A stretch of DNA of 62,941 bases, the filler included, from Collodictyon triciliatum (taxonomy: Eukaryota), in assembly GCA_043381765.1 (NCBI GenBank). It is 34 parts of 34 records of this genome, joined end to end, with 100 filler letters (N's around TTAATTAATTAA, not from the genome) between each part and the next. Parts side by side here need not be neighbours in the genome. Positions count along the whole stretch, not along the records: positions 61,196 to 62,941 come from JBHJMP010010313.1; 33 more parts are not named here. One strand, given 5' to 3'. Under the pieces are notes generated by a model. That model saw only the letters and a program-made list of their open reading frames with translations. It did no database searches and was not told the origin of the DNA. The translations under genes and the position numbers were made by a program. Below, piece after piece: positions 61,198 through 62,941 of this stretch. Position 1 is the stretch's first letter, and the number at the start of each line of letters is the position of its first letter.

Positions 61198-62941
61198 AAA
61201 GGAAAGCAATTTTGTAATCCATGTCCGACTGGAACTTACTCAAACAAAACAAAATCAATCACCTGTGAAAAATGCCCGGCTGGTTCATTCAATCCAAATG
61301 TTGCATCAAACAGTATAAGCAATTGTCAGCCATGTCCTAAAGGAAGATTTTCATCTAAGTCTGGCGAATCAACATGTGAACTTTGTCAGCCTGGCTCATA
61401 CAATCCACATAGTGGTCATATTTCATGTCTTGAATGTCTTTTAGGAACTTTTAATCCAAAGTTTGGTTCAATAAGCAACGCATCATGTATCGAATGTCCA
61501 CAAGGCACTTTTGGAAATTATTACAGAGATGATTGCACATCATGTCCAGCTGGTACATTCAATAACAAAACAGGCTCATTCAATCAATCATCATGCATTT
61601 CATGTCCAAATGGAAGATACAGCCCAGAGAGAAGCGCATCATGCAGCTTATGCTTGTCAGGATTATATCAAAAGGAAGGAATCACAATAGACCCAAAATC
61701 ATGCCATGCATGTCCAAAAGGTACATTCAACTCAAACTCCGGTTCATATGGAAACAAATCATGTACTGAGTGTCCACAAGGTACTTGGAATGATAAGGAT
61801 GGTCAAGCATCATGCACATCATGTCCAACTGGTACATTCAACAATAAAACTGGCTCATTCAATCAATCATCATGCATTTCATGTCCAAAAGGAAGCTACA
61901 GCTCAGAGAGAAGTTCATCATGTAGTTTGTGCTCATCAGGATTTTATCAAAAAGAAGGAATCATAAAAGACTCGAAATCATGCTATACTTGTCCAAAAGG
62001 TACATTCAACTCAAACTCCGGCTCATATGGAAACATATCATGTATTCAATGTCCACAAGGTACTTGGAATGATAGAGACGGTCAAGCATCATGCATATCA
62101 TGTCCAGCTGGTACATTCAACAATAAAACTACTTCTTATAATCAATCAATCATCATGTATTTCATGTCCAAAAGGAAGCTACAGCTCAGAGAGAAGTTCA
62201 TCATGTAGTTTGTGCTCATCAGGATTTTATCAAAAAGAGGGAATCATAAAAGACTCGAAATCATGTTATGCTTGTCCAAAAGGCACATTCAACTCAAACT
62301 CCGGCTCATATGGATACATATCATGTATTGAATGTCCACAAGGTACTTGGAATGATAGAGATGGTCAAGCATCATGCACATCATGTCCAACTGGTACATT
62401 CAACAATAAAATTGGTTCATTCAATCAATCATCATGTATTTCATGTCCAAAAGGAAGCTACAGCTCAGAGAGAAGTTCATCATGTAGTTTGTGCTCATCA
62501 GGATACTACCATAAAGAAGGAATCATAAAAGATTCACAATCATGCTATGCATGTCCAAAAGGCACATTCAACTCAAACTCCGGCTCATATGGAAACACAT
62601 CATGTATTGAATGTCCACAAGGTACTTGGAATGATAGAGATGGTCAAGCATCATGCACATCATGTCCAGCTGGTTCATTCAACAACAAAACTGGTTCATC
62701 CAATAATTCTTCATGCATTTCATGTCCGAATGGAAGCTACAGCTCAGAGAGAAGCGCATCATGCAGCTTATGCCCGACACGCTCAACCACAATTAAAGAA
62801 GGCTCCAAATCAATCGGTGATCGCAAATGCTTAGATTCGTATGTGTCATATGATGCTATTTGCACCTGTCCTCCAGGAAAATTTGAGGATGGCGTGGAGT
62901 GTGTTCCATGCAGACTTGGTTCATACAAACCAACAAACGGC
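61198..62941 (+). CDS. Cys-rich repeat surface protein (GCC2/GCC3, ephrin-receptor-like CPxGTFN repeats), partial, with one frameshift
   Basis: Continuous CxxCPxGT(F/W/Y)N repeats with many NxS/T sequons; higher-order 279-nt unit (anchors 61552, 61831, 62110, 62393, 62672); a 4-nt insertion near 62140-62150 shifts the frame. Confidence 0.88.

Overview
This window is not one locus. It is about 34 unrelated contigs of ~1.75 kb, joined by artificial 100-nt linkers (44 N + TTAATTAATTAA + 44 N), so adjacency across linkers means nothing. Most contigs come from one or more intron-rich, microsatellite-rich microbial eukaryotes using the standard genetic code; at least one is flagellated (axonemal dynein). 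By splicing exons by hand I recognise fragments of EMC3, a DUF2015 protein, a GT92/GT2-like glycosyltransferase, a monoamine oxidase, an inner-arm dynein heavy chain, phenylalanine hydroxylase, an LRR protein, a CAMKL-type kinase, a Rab32-like GTPase, a p24/GOLD protein, D-amino-acid oxidase, a CH-domain protein, a Frizzled/Smoothened-like GPCR, an NHL propeller, a Cys-rich surface protein and tRNA-Ala(AGC). Five contigs carry decayed L1/Tx1-type LINE pieces. One contig is clearly bacterial (T9SS cargo, FCB group) and one looks viral. The most interesting signals are: (1) a tandem array of nine 69-nt, phase-1/phase-1, one-LRR-per-exon cassettes with mutually homologous introns and variable ligand-face residues; (2) a phenylalanine hydroxylase with an apparent mitochondrial presequence; (3) a 20-copy 54-nt repeat array that seems to sit in a spliced exon; (4) a compact virus-like divergent gene pair; (5) CpG-decay signatures between LINE copies; (6) GC-AG introns. 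All family calls come from motif recognition by eye, not database searches.
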